Shown piece by piece: positions 10,701 to 24,400 of a DNA stretch of 64,000 nucleotides. Made by a program: the position numbers and the translations under genes. Numbering within the stretch: position 1 is the stretch's first letter; each line of letters begins with the position of its first letter. The DNA lies in assembly GCF_009914755.1 (NCBI RefSeq), contig NC_060929.1, one strand, 5' to 3'. Origin of the DNA: the human T2T-CHM13v2.0 reference genome, Homo sapiens. The notes under the pieces are model-generated. The model searched no databases and was not told the DNA's origin. It saw only the letters and a program-made list of their open reading frames with translations.

Positions 10701-13700
10701 TCTTTTAGATAGAGCAGATTTGAAAGACACTTTTTGGGGAATTTGCAAGTGGGGATTTCAAGCGCTTTGAGGCCAACGGTAGAAAAGGAAATATCTTCGA
10801 ATAAAAAGTAGACAGAATCATTCCCAGAAACTGCGTTTTGATGTGTGCGTTCACCTAACAGAGTTTAACCTTCCTTTTCATAGAGCAGTTGGGAAACGCT
10901 ATGTTTGTAAAGTCTGCAAGTGGATATTGGGAACTCTTTGAGGCCTTCATTGGGAATGGGGTTTCTTCATATAATGCTAGACAGAAGATTTCCCAGTAAC
11001 TTCTTCCTGTTGTGTGTATTCAACTGACAACAGATGAACCTTCCTTTAGAGAGAGCAGATTTGAAACACTCTTTTTGTGGAATTTGCAAGTGGAGATTTC
11101 AGCCGCTTTAACGTCAATGGTAGAAAAGGAAATATCTTCGCATAAAAACAAGACAGAATCATTTTCAGAAACTGCTTTGTGATGTGTGCATTCAACTCAC
11201 AGAGTTTAACCTTTGTTTTCCTAGAGCCGTTTGGAAACACACAGTTTGTCAAATCTGTAAGTCGATATTCGGACCTATTTGAGGCCTTCGTTGGAAACGG
11301 GATTTCTTCATATAATGCTAGAAAGAAGAATTCTCAGTAACTTCCTTGTGTTGTGTGTTATCAACTCACAGAATGGAAACTTCCTTTAGATAGAGCAGAT
11401 TTGAAACACTCTTTTTGTGGAAGTTGCACGTGGAGATTTCAAGCGCTTTGTGGCCAGTGGTAGAATATGAAATATCTTTGTATAAAAAGTACACAGAATC
11501 ATTCTCAGAAACTACTTTCTGATGTGTGCGTTCAACTCTCGGAGTTTAAACTTTCTTTTCATAGAGCAGTTTGGAAACAGTGTGTTTGTAAAGTCTGCAA
11601 GTGGATATTCGGACTTCTTTGGCGCCTTATTTTGAAACGGGGTTTCTCCATGTAATGCTAGACAGAAGAATTCTCAGTAACTTGTTTGTGTTGTGTGTGT
11701 TCAACTCACAGAGTTGAACCTTCCTTTAGACAGAGCAGATTTGAAACACTCTTTTTGTGGAATTTGCAAGTGGAGATTTCAAGCGCTTTGAGGCCAAAGG
11801 CAGAAAAGGAAATATCTTCGTATAAAAACTAGATAGATCATTCTCAGAAACTGCTTTGTGATGTGTGCGTTCAACTCACAGAGTTTCACTTATCTTTTCG
11901 TACAGCAGTTTGGAAACACTCTGTTTGTAATGTCTGCAAGTGGATATTTTGACCTCTTTGAGGTCTTCGTTGGAAACGGGTTTTATTCATGTAAGGCTAG
12001 ACAGAAGAATTCTCAGTAACTTCTTTGTATTGTGTGTATTCCACTGACAGAGTTGACCCTTCCTTTAGACAGAGCACATTTGAACCACTCTTTTTGTGGA
12101 ATTTGCAAGTGGAGATTTCAGACGCATTGAGGTCAATGGTAGAAAAGGAAATATCTTTGTATAAAAACTAGACAGAATGATTCTCAGAACCTGCTTCGTG
12201 ATGTGTGTGTTCAGTTCAAAGAGTTTTACCTTTCTTTTCATAGAGCAGTTAGGAAACACTCTGTTTGAACAGTCTGAAAGTGGATATTCCGATCTCTTTG
12301 AGGCCTTCGTTGGAAAAGGGATTTCTTCATATAATGCTAGACAGAGGAATTCTCAGTAACTTCTCTGTGTTGTGTGTATTCAAATCACAGAGTTGAACGT
12401 TCCTTTAGACAGAGCAGACTTGAAACACTCTTTTTGTGGAATTTGCAATAGGAAATTTCAAGCGCTTTGAGGCCAAAGGCAGAAGAGGAAATATCTTCGT
12501 ATAAAAACAAGTCAGAATCATTCTCAGAAACTGCTTAATCATGTGTGCGTTCAACTCACGGAGTTTAACCTACCTTTTCATACAGCAGTTTGGAAACACT
12601 CTGTTTGGAAAGTCTGCACGTGGATATTTGGACATCTTTGAGGCCTTCGTTGGAAACGGGTTTTATTCATGTAAGGCTAGACAGAAGATTTCTCAGTAAC
12701 TTCTTTGTGTTGTGTGTATTCAACTGACAGAGTTGACCCTTCTTTTAGGTAGAGCAGATTTGAGACACTCTTTTTGTGGAATTTGCAAGTGGAGATTTCA
12801 GACGCTTTGAGGTCAATGGTAGAAAAGGACATTTCTTCGTATAAAAACTTGACAGAATGATTCTCAGAAACTGCTTTGTGATGTATGCGTTCAATTCAAA
12901 GAGTTCTACCTTTCTTTTCATAGAGCACTTAGGAAACACTCTGTTTGTAAAGACTGCAAGTGGATATTCGGACCTCTATGAGGCCTTCTTTGGAAAAGGG
13001 ATTTCTTCATATAATGCTAGACAGAGGAATTCTTCGTAACTTCTTTGTATTGTGTGTATTCAACTCACAGAGTTGAACCTTCTTTTAGATAGAGCAGATT
13101 TGAAACACACTTTTTGTGGAATTTCCAATTGGAGATTTCAAGCGCTTCGGGGCCAATGGTAGAAAAGGAAAAATCTTCACATAAAAACTAGAAAAACTCA
13201 TTCCCAGAAACTGTGTAGTGATGTGTATGTTTAACTCACAGAGTTTATCCTTTCTTTTCATAGAGCAGTTGGGAAACACTCTGTTTGAAAAGTCTGCATG
13301 TGGATATTTGGACCGCCATGAGGCGTTCTTTGGAAATGGTATTTCTTCATTTAAGGCTACACAGAAGAATTCTCAGTAACTTCCTTGTGTTGTGTGTATT
13401 CAGCTCACAGAGTTGAACCTTCTTTTAGATAGAGCAGATTTGAAAGACACTTTTTGGGGAATTTGCAAGTGGGGATTTCAAGCGCTTTGAGGCCAACGGT
13501 AGAAAAGGAAATATCTTCGAATAAAAAGTAGACAGAATCATTCCCAGAAACTGCGTTTTGATGTGTGCGTTCACCTAACAGAGTTTAACCTTCCTTTTCA
13601 TAGAGCAGTTGGGAAACGCTATGTTTGTAAAGTCTGCAAGTGGATATTGGGAACTCTTTGAGGCCTTCATTGGGAATGGGGTTTCTTCATATAATGCTAG

Positions 13701-16700
13701 ACAGAAGATGTCCCAGTAACTTCTTCCTGTTGTGTGTATTCAACTGACAACAGATGAACCTTCCTTTAGAGAGAGCAGATTTGAAACACTCTTTTTGTGG
13801 AATTTGCAAGTGGAGATTTCAGCCGCTTTAACGTCAATGGTGGAAAAGGAAATATCTTCGCATAAAAACAAGACAGAATCATTTTCAGAAACTGCTTTGT
13901 GATGTGTGCATTCAACTCACAGAGTTTAACCTTTGTTTTCATAGAGCCGTTTGGAAACACACAGTTTGTCAAATCTGTAAGTCGATATTCGGACCTATTT
14001 GAGGCCTTCGTTGGAAACGGGATTTCTTCATATAATGCTAGAAAGAAGAATTCTCAGTAACTTCCTTGTGTTGTGTGTAATCAACTCACAGAATAGAACG
14101 TTCCTTTAGATAGAGCAGATTTGAAACACTCTTTTTGTGGAAGTTGCACGTGGAGATTTCAAGCGCTTTGTGGCCAGTGGTAGAAAATGAAATATCTTCG
14201 TATAAAAAGTACACAGAATCATTCTCAGAAACTACTTTCTGATGTGTGCGTTCAACTCTCGGAGTTTAAACTTTCTTTTCATAGAGCAGTTTGGAAACAG
14301 TGTGTTTGTAAAGTCTGCAAGTGGATATTCGGACCTCTTTGGCGCCTTAATTTGAAACGGGGTTTCTCCCTATAATGCTAGACAGAAGAATTCTCAGTAA
14401 CTTGTTTGTGTTGTGTGTGTTCAACTCACAGAGTTGAACCTTCCTTTAGACAGAGCAGATTTGAAACACTCTTTTTGTGGAATTTGCAAGTGGAGATTTC
14501 AAGCGCTTTGAGGCCAAAGGCAGAAAAGGAAATATCTTCGTATAAAAACTACATAGATCATTCTCAGAAACTGCTTTGTGATGTGTGCGTTCAACTCACA
14601 GAGTTTCACTTATCTTTTCGTACAGCAGTTTGGAAACACTCTGTTTGTAATGTCTGCAAGTGGATATTTTGACCTCTTTGAGGTCTTCGTTGGAAACGGG
14701 TTTTATTCATGTAAGGCTAGACAGAAGAATTCTCAGTAACTTCTTTGTATTGTGTGTATTCCACTGACAGAGTTGACCCTTCCTTTAGACAGAGCACATT
14801 TGAACCACTCTTTTTGTGGAATTTGCAAGTGGAGATTTCAGACGCATTGAGGTCAATGGTACAAAAGGAAATATCTTCGTATAAAAACTAGACAGAATGA
14901 TTCTCAGAACCTGCTTCGTGATGTGTGTGTTCAGTTCAAAGAGTTTTACCTTTCTTTTCATAGAGCAGTTAGGAAACTCTGTTTGAACAGTCTGAAAGTG
15001 GATATTCCGATCGCTTTGAGGCCTTCATTGGAAAAGGGATTTCTTCATATAATGCTAGACAGAGGAATTCTCAGTAACTTCTCTGTGTTGTGTGTATTCA
15101 AATCACAGAGTTGAACGTTCCTTTAGACAGAGCAGACTTGAAACACTCTTTTTTGTGGAAGTTGCAATAGGAAATTTCAAGCGCTTTGAGGCCAAAGGCA
15201 GAAGAGGATATATCTTCGTATAAAAACAAGTCAGAATCATTCTCAGAAACTGCTTAATCATGTGTGCGTTCAACTCACGGAGTTTAACCTACCTTTTCAT
15301 ACAGCAGTTTGGAAACACTCTGTTTGTAAAGTCTGCACGTGGATATTTGGACATCTTTGAGGCCTTCGTTGGAAACGGGTTTTATTCATGTAAGGCTAGA
15401 CAGAAGATTTCTCAGTAACTTCTTTGTGTTGTGTGTATTCAACTGACAGAGTTGACCCTTCTTTTAGGTAGAGCAGATTTGAGACACTCTTTTTGTGGAA
15501 TTTGCAAGTGGAGATTTCAGACGCTTTGAGGTCAATGGTAGAAAAGGACATTTCTTCGTATAAAAACTTGACAGAATGATTCTCAGAAACTGCTTTGTGA
15601 TGTATGCGTTCAATTCAAAGAGTTCTACCTTTCTTTTCATAGAGCACTTAGGAAACACTCTGTTTGTAAAGACTGCAAGTGGATATTCGGACCTCTATGA
15701 GGCCTTCTTTGGAAAAGGGATTTCTTCATATAATGCTAGACAGAGGAATTCTTCGTAACTTCTTTGTATTGTGTGTATTCAACTCACAGAGTTGAACCTT
15801 CTTTTAGATAGAGCAGATTTGACACACACTTTCTGTGGAATTTCCAATTGGAGATTTCAAGCGCTTCGGGGCCAATGGTAGAAAAGGAAAAATCTTCACA
15901 TAAAAACTAGACAAACTCATTCCCAGAAACTGTGTAGTGATGTGTATGTTTAACTCGCAGAGTTTATCCTTTCTTTTCATAGAGCAGTTGGGAAACACTC
16001 TGTTTGAAAAGTCTGCATGTGGATATTTGGACCGCCATGAGGCGTTCTTTGGAAATGGTATTTCTTCATTTAAGGCTACACAGAAGAATTCTCAGTAACT
16101 TCCTTGTGTTGTGTGTATTCAGCTCACAGAGTTGAACCTTCTTTTAGATAGAGCAGATTTGAAAGACACTTTTTGGGGAATTTGCAAGTGGGGATTTCAA
16201 GCGCTTTGAGGCCAACGGTAGAAAAGGAAATATCTTCGAATAAAAAGTAGACAGAATCATTCCCAGAAACTGCGTTTTGATGTGTGCGTTCACCTAACAG
16301 AGTTTAACCTTCCTTTTCATAGAGCAGTTGGGAAACGCTATGTTTGTAAAGTCTGCAAGTGGATATTGGGAACTCTTTGAGGCCTTCATTGGGAATGGGG
16401 TTTCTTCATATAATGCTAGACAGAAGATTTCCCAGTAACTTCTTCCTGTTGTGTGTATTCAACTGACAACAGATGAACCTTCCTTTAGAGAGAGCAGATT
16501 TGAAACACTCTTTTTGTGGAAGTTGCAAGTGGAGATTTCAGCCGCTTTAACGTCAATGGTAGAAAAGGAAATATCTTCGCATAAAAACAAGACAGAATCA
16601 TTTTCAGAAACTGCTTTGTGATGTGTGCATTCAACTCACAGAGTTTAACCTTTGTTTTCATAGAGCCGTTTGGAAACACACAGTTTGTCAAATCTGTGAG

Positions 16701-19038
16701 TCGATATTCGGAACTATTTGAGGCCTTCGTTGGAAACGGGATTTCTTCATATAATGCTAGAAAGAAGAATTCTCAGTAACTTCCTTGTGTTGTGTGTAAT
16801 CAACTCACAGAATAGAACGTTCCTTTAGATAGAGCAGATTTGAAACACTCTTTTTGTGGAAGTTGCACGTGGAGATTTCAAGCGCTTTGTGGCCAGTGGT
16901 AGAAAATGAAATATCTTCGTATAAAAAGTACACAGAATCATTCTCAGAAACTACTTTCTGATGTGTGCGTTCAACTCTCGGAGTTTAAACTTTCTTTTCA
17001 TAGAGCAGTTTGGAAACAGTGTGTTTGTAAAGTCTGCAAGTGGATATTCGGACCTCTTTGGCGCCTTATTTTGAAACGGGGTTTCTCCATATAATGCTAC
17101 ACAGAAGAATTCTCAGTAACTTGTTTGTGTTGTGTGTGTTCAACTCACAGAGTTGAACCTTCCTTTAGACAGAGCAGATTTGAAACACTCTTTTTGTGGA
17201 ATTTGCAAGTGGAGATTTCAAGCGCTTTGAGGCCAAAGGCAGAAAAGGAAATATCTTCGTATAAAAACTAGATAGATCATTCTCAGATACTGCTTTGTGA
17301 TGTGTGCGTTCAACTCACAGAGTTTCACTTATCTTTTCGTACAGCAGTTTGGAAACACTCTGTTTGTAATGTCTGCAAGTGGATATTTTGACCTCTTTGA
17401 GGTCTTCGTTGGAAACGGGTTTTATTCATGTAAGGCTAGACAGAAGAATTCTCAGTAACTTCTTTCTATTGTGTGTATTCCACTGACAGAGTTGACCCTT
17501 CCTTTAGACAGAGCACATTTGAACCACTCTTTTTGTGGAATTTGCAAGTGGAGATTTCAGACGCATTGAGGTCAATGGTAGAAAAGGAAATATCTTCGTA
17601 TAAAAACTAGACAGAATGATTCTCAGAACCTGCTTCGTGATGTGTGTGTTCAGTTCAAAGAGTTTTACCTTTCTTTTCATAGAGCAGTTAGGAAACACTC
17701 TGTTTGAACAGTCTGAAAGTGGATATTCCGATCTCTTTGAGGCCTTCGTTGGAAAAGGGATTTCTTCATATAATGCTAGACAGACGAATTCTCAGTAACT
17801 TCTCTGTGTTGTATGTATTCAAATCACAGAGTTGAACGTTCCTTTAGACAGAGCAGACTTGAAACACTCTTTTTGTGGAATTTGCAATAGCAAATTTCAA
17901 GCGCTTTGAGGCCAAAGGCAGAAGAGGAAATATCTTCGTATAAAAACAAGTCAGAATCATTCTCAGAAACTGCTTAATCATGTGTGCGTTCGACTCACGG
18001 AGTTTAACCTACCTTTTCATACAGCAGTTTGGAAACACTCTGTTTGTAAAGTCTGCACGTGGATATTTGGACATCTTTGAGGCCTTCGTTGGAAACGGGT
18101 TTTATTCATGTAAGGCTAGACAGTAGATTTCTCAGTAACTTCTTTGTGTTGTGTGTATTCAACTGACAGAGTTGACCCTTCTTTTAGGTAGAGCAGATTT
18201 GAGACACTCTTTTTGTGGAATTTGCAAGTGGAGATTTCAGACGCTTTGAGGTCAATGGTAGAAAAGGACATTTCTTCGTATAAAAACTTGACAGAATGAT
18301 TCTCAGAAACTGCTTTGTGATGTATGCGTTCAATTCAAAGAGTTCTACCTTTCTTTTCATAGAGCACTTAGGAAACACTCTGTTTGTAAAGACTGCAAGT
18401 GGATATTCGGACCTCTATGAGGCCTTCTTTGGAAAAGGGATTTCTTCATATAATGCTAGACAGAGGAATTCTTCGTAACTTCTTTGTATTGTGTGTATTC
18501 AACTCACAGAGTTGAACCTTCTTTTAGATAGAGCAGATTTGAAACACACTTTCTGTGGAATTTCCAATTGGAGATTTCAAGCGCTTCAGGGCCAATGGTA
18601 GAAAAGGAAAAATCTTCACAAAAAAACTAGACAAAATCATTCCCAGAAACTGTGTAGTGATGTGTATGTTTAACTCACAGAGTTTATCCTTTCTTTTCAT
18701 AGAGCAGTTGGGAAACACTCTGTTTGAAAAGTCTGCATGTGGATATTTGGACCGCCATGAGGCGTTCTTTGGAAATGGTATTTCTTCATTTAAGGCTACA
18801 CAGAAGAATTCTCAGTAACTTCCTTGTGTTGTGTGTATTCAGCTCACAGAGTTGAACCTTCTTTTAGATAGAGCAGATTTGAAAGACACTTTTTGGGGAA
18901 TTTGCAAGTGGGGATTTCAAGCGCTTTGAGGCCAACGGTAGAAAAGGAAATATCTTCGAATAAAAAGTAGACAGAATCATTCCCAGAAACTGCGTTTTGA
19001 TGTGTGCGTTCACCTAACAGAGTTTAACCTTCCTTTTC

Positions 19039-21418
19039 ATAGAGCAGTTGGGAAACGCTATGTTTGTAAAGTCTGCAAGTGGATATTGGGAACTCTTTGA
19101 GGCCTTCATTGGGAATGGGGTTTCTTCATATAATGCTAGACAGAAGATTTCCCAGTAACTTCTTCCTGTTGTGTGTATTCAACTGACAACAGATGAACCT
19201 TCCTTTAGAGAGAGCAGATTTGAAAAACTCTTTTTGTGGAATTTGCACGTGGAGATTTCAAGCGCTTTGTGGCCAGTGGTAGAAAATGAAATATCTTCGT
19301 ATAAAAAGTACACAGAATCATTCTCAGAAACTACTTTCTGATGTGTGCGTTCAACTCTCGGAGTTTAAACTTTCTTTTCATAGAGCAGTTTGGAAACAGT
19401 GTGTTTGTAAAGTCTGCAAGTGGATATTCGGACCTCTTTGGCGCCTTATTTTGAAACGGGGTTTCTCCATATAATGCTAGACAGAAGAATTCTCAGTAAC
19501 TTGTTTGTGTTGTGTGTGTTCAACTCACAGAGTTGAACTTTCCTTTAGACAGAGCAGATTTGAAACACTCTTTTTGTGGAATTTGCAAGTGGAGATTTCA
19601 AGCGCTTTGAGGCCAAAGGCAGGAAAGGAAATATCTTCGTATAAAAACTAGATAGATCATTCTCAGAAACTGCTTTGTGATGTGTGCGTTCAACTCACAG
19701 AGTTTCACTTATCTTTTCGTACAGCAGTTTGGAAACACTCTGTTTGTAATGTCTGCAAGTGGATATTTTGACCTCTTTGAGGTCTTCGTTGGAAACGGGT
19801 TTTATTCATGTAAGGCTAGACAGAAGAATTCTCAGTAACTTCTTTGTATTGTGTGTATTCCACGGACAGAGTTGACCCTTCCTTTAGACAGAGCACATTT
19901 GAACCACTCTTTTTGTGGAATTTGCAAGTGGAGATTTCAGACGCATTGAGGTCAATGGTAGAAAAGGAAATATCTTCGTATAAAAACTACACAGAATGAT
20001 TCTCAGAACCTGCTTCGTGATGTGTGTGTTCAGTTCAAAGAGTTTTACCTTTCTTTTCATAGAGCAGTTAGGAAACACTCTGTTTGAACAGTCTGAAAGT
20101 GGATATTCCGATCTCTTTGAGGCCTTCGTTGGAAAAGGGATTTCTTCATATAATGCTAGACAGAGGAATTCTCAGTAACTTCTCTGTGTTGTGTGTATTC
20201 AAATCACAGAGTTGAACGTTCCTTTAGACAGAGCAGGCTTGAAACACTCTTTTTGTGGAATTTGCAATAGGAAATTTCAAGCACTTTGAGGCCAAAGGCA
20301 GAAGAGGAAATATCTTCGTATAAAAACAAGTCAGAATCATTCTCAGAAACTGCTTAATCATGTGTGCGTTCGACTCACGGAGTTTAACCTACCTTTTAAT
20401 ACAGCAGTTTGGAAACACTCTGTTTGTAAAGTCTGCACGTGGATATTTGGACATCTTTGAGGCCTTCGTTGGAAACGGGTTTTATTCATGTAAGGCTAGA
20501 CAGAAGATTTCTCAGTAACTTCTTTGTGTTGTGTGTATTCAACTGACAGAGTTGACCCTTCTTTTAGGTAGAGCAGATTTGAGACACTCTTTTTGTGGAA
20601 TTTGCAAGTGGAGATTTCAGACGCTTTGAGGTCAATGGTAGAAAAGGACATTTCTTCGTATAAAAACTTGACAGAATGATTCTCAGAAACTGCTTTGTGA
20701 TGTATGCGTTCAATTCAAAGAGTTCTACCTTTCTTTTCATAGAGCACTTAGGAAACACTCTGTTTGTAAAGACTGCAAGTGGATATTCGGACCTCTATGA
20801 GGCCTTCTTTGGAAAAGGGATTTCTTCATATAATGCTAGACAGAGGAATTCTTCGTAACTTCTTTGTATTGTGTGTATTCAACTCACAGAGTTGAACCTT
20901 CTTTTAGATAGAGCAGATTTGACACACACTTTCTGTGGAATTTCCAATTGGAGATTTCAAGCGCTTCGGGGCCAATGGTAGAAAAGGAAAAATCTTCACA
21001 TAAAAACTAGACAAACTCATTCCCAGAAACTGTGTAGTGATGTGTATGTTTAACTCACAGAGTTTATCCTTTCTTTTCATAGAGCAGTTGGGAAACACTC
21101 TGTTTGAAAAGTCTGCATGTGGATATTTGGACCGCCATGAGGCGTTCTTTGGAAATGGTATTTCTTCATTTAAGGCTACACAGAAGAATTCTCAGTAACT
21201 TCCTTGTGTTGTGTGTATTCAGCTCACAGAGTTGAACCTTCTTTTAGATAGAGCAGATTTGAAAGACACTTTTTGGGGAATTTGCAAGTGGGGATTTCAA
21301 GCGCTTTGAGGCCAACGGTAGAAAAGGAAATATCTTCGAATAAAAAGTAGACAGAATCATTCCCAGAAACTGCGTTTTGATGTGTGCGTTCACCTAACAG
21401 AGTTTAACCTTCCTTTTC
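19039..21418 (+). repeat. 14-mer structural variant of the HOR (2380 bp, one 340-bp dimer deleted)
   Basis: The unit-start motif is spaced 2380 bp instead of 2720. The 68-aa marker ORF is missing, and the 62-aa marker ORF moves 16906->19286. A hybrid monomer lies at about 19150-19320. Confidence 0.96.
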
Positions 21419-24400
21419 ATAGAGCAGTTGGGAAACGCTATGTTTGTAAAGTCTGCAAGTGGATATTGGGAACTCTTTGAGGCCTTCATTGGGAATGGGG
21501 TTTCTTCATATAATGCTAGACAGAAGATTTCCCAGTAACTTCTTCCTGTTGTGTGTATTCAACTGACAACAGATGAACCTTCCTTTAGAGAGAGCAGATT
21601 TGAAACACTCTTTTTGTGGAAGTTGCAAGTGGAGATTTCAGCCGCTTTAACGTCAATGGTAGAAAAGGAAATATCTTCGCATAAAAACAAGACAGAATCA
21701 TTTTCAGAAACTGCTTTGTGATGTGTGCATTCAACTCACAGAGTTTAACCTTTGTTTTCATAGAGCCGTTTGGAAACACACAGTTTGTCAAATCTGTAAG
21801 TCGATATTCGGACCTATTTGAGGCCTTCGTTGGAAACGGGATTTCTTCATATAATGCTAGAAAGAAGAATTCTCAGTAACTTCCTTGTGTTGTGTGTAAT
21901 CAACTCACAGAATAGAACGTTCCTTTAGATAGAGCAGATTTGAAACACTCTTTTTGTGGAAGTTGCACGTGGAGATTTCAAGCGCTTTGTGGCCAGTGGT
22001 AGAAAATGAAATATCTTCGTATAAAAAGTACACAGAATCATTCTCAGAAACTACTTTCTGATGTGTGCGTTCAACTCTCGGAGTTTAAACTTTCTTTTCA
22101 TAGAGCAGTTTGGAAACAGTGTGTTTGTAAAGTCTGCAAGTGGATATTCGGACCTCTTTGGCGCCTTATTTTGAAACGGGGTTTCTCCATATAATGCTAC
22201 ACAGAAGAATTCTCAGTAACTTGTTTGTGTTGTGTGTGTTCAACTCACAGAGTTGAACCTTCCTTTAGACAGAGCAGATTTGAAACACTCTTTTTGTGGA
22301 ATTTGCAAGTGGAGATTTCAAGCGCTTTGAGGCCAAAGGCAGAAAAGGAAATATCTTCGTATAAAAACTAGATAGATCATTCTCAGATACTGCTTTGTGA
22401 TGTGTGCGTTCAACTCACAGAGTTTCACTTATCTTTTCGTACAGCAGTTTGGAAACACTCTGTTTGTAATGTCTGCAAGTGGATATTTTGACCTCTTTGA
22501 GGTCTTCGTTGGAAACGGGTTTTATTCATGTAAGGCTAGACAGAAGAATTCTCAGTAACTTCTTTGTATTGTGTGTATTCCACTGACAGAGTTGACCCTT
22601 CCTTTAGACAGAGCACATTTGAACCACTCTTTTTGTGGAATTTGCAAGTGGAGATTTCAGACGCATTGAGGTCAATGGTAGAAAAGGAAATATCTTCGTA
22701 TAAAAACTAGACAGAATGATTCTCAGAACCTGCTTCGTGATGTGTGTGTTCAGTTCAAAGAGTTTTACCTTTCTTTTCATAGAGCAGTTAGGAAACACTC
22801 TGTTTGAACAGTCTGAAAGTGGATATTCCGATCTCTTTGAGGCCTTCGTTGGAAAAGGGATTTCTTCATATAATGCTAGACAGACGAATTCTCAGTAACT
22901 TCTCTGTGTTGTGTGTATTCAAATCACAGAGTTGAACGTTCCTTTAGACAGAGCAGACTTGAAACACTCTTTTTGTGGAATTTGCAATAGCAAATTTCAA
23001 GCGCTTTGAGGCCAAAGGCAGAAGAGGAAATATCTTCGTATAAAAACAAGTCAGAATCATTCTCAGAAACTGCTTAATCATATGTGCGTTCGACTCACGG
23101 AGTTTAACCTACCTTTTCATACAGCAGTTTGGAAACACTCTGTTTGTAAAGTCTGCACGTGGATATTTGGACATCTTTGAGGCCTTCGTTGGAAACGGGT
23201 TTTATTCATGTAAGGCTAGACAGTAGATTTCTCAGTAACTTCTTTGTGTTGTGTGTATTCAACTGACAGAGTTGACCCTTCTTTTAGGTAGAGCAGATTT
23301 GAGACACTCTTTTTGTGGAATTTGCAAGTGGAGATTTCAGACGCTTTGAGGTCAATGGTAGAAAAGGACATTTCTTCGTATAAAAACTTGACAGAATGAT
23401 TCTCAGAAACTGCTTTGTGATGTATGCGTTCAATTCAAAGAGTTCTACCTTTCTTTTCATAGAGCACTTAGGAAACACTCTGTTTGTAAAGACTGCAAGT
23501 GGATATTCGGACCTCTATGAGGCCTTCTTTGGAAAAGGGATTTCTTCATATAATGCTAGACAGAGGAATTCTTCGTAACTTCTTTGTATTGTGTGTATTC
23601 AACTCACAGAGTTGAACCTTCTTTTAGATAGAGCAGATTTGAAACACACTTTCTGTGGAATTTCCAATTGGAGATTTCAAGCGCTTCAGGGCCAATGGTA
23701 GAAAAGGAAAAATCTTCACATAAAAACTAGACAAAATCATTCCCAGAAACTGTGTAGTGATGTGTATGTTTAACTCACAGAGTTTATCCTTTCTTTTCAT
23801 AGAGCAGTTGGGAAACACTCTGTTTGAAAAGTCTGCATGTGGATATTTGGACCGCCATGAGGCGTTCTTTGGAAATGGTATTTCTTCATTTAAGGCTACA
23901 CAGAAGAATTCTCAGTAACTTCCTTGTGTTGTGTGTATTCAGCTCACAGAGTTGAACCTTCTTTTAGATAGAGCAGATTTGAAAGACACTTTTTGGGGAA
24001 TTTGCAAGTGGGGATTTCAAGCGCTTTGAGGCCAACGGTAGAAAAGGAAATATCTTCGAATAAAAAGTAGACAGAATCATTCCCAGAAACTGCGTTTTGA
24101 TGTGTGCGTTCACCTAACAGAGTTTAACCTTCCTTTTCATAGAGCAGTTGGGAAACGCTATGTTTGTAAAGTCTGCAAGTGGATATTGGGAACTCTTTGA
24201 GGCCTTCATTGGGAATGGGGTTTCTTCATATAATGCTAGACAGAAGATTTCCCAGTAACTTCTTCCTGTTGTGTGTATTCAACTGACAACAGATGAACCT
24301 TCCTTTAGAGAGAGCAGATTTGAAACACTCTTTTTGTGGAATTTGCAAGTGGAGATTTCAGCCGCTTTAACGTCAATGGTAGAAAAGGAAATATCTTCGC

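Noticed and set aside
14406-14672. Longest ORF (88 aa), unique to one copy
   Set aside because: It is created by a single variant (TAG>TAC at ~14532) that removes a stop codon, with no sign of coding function.
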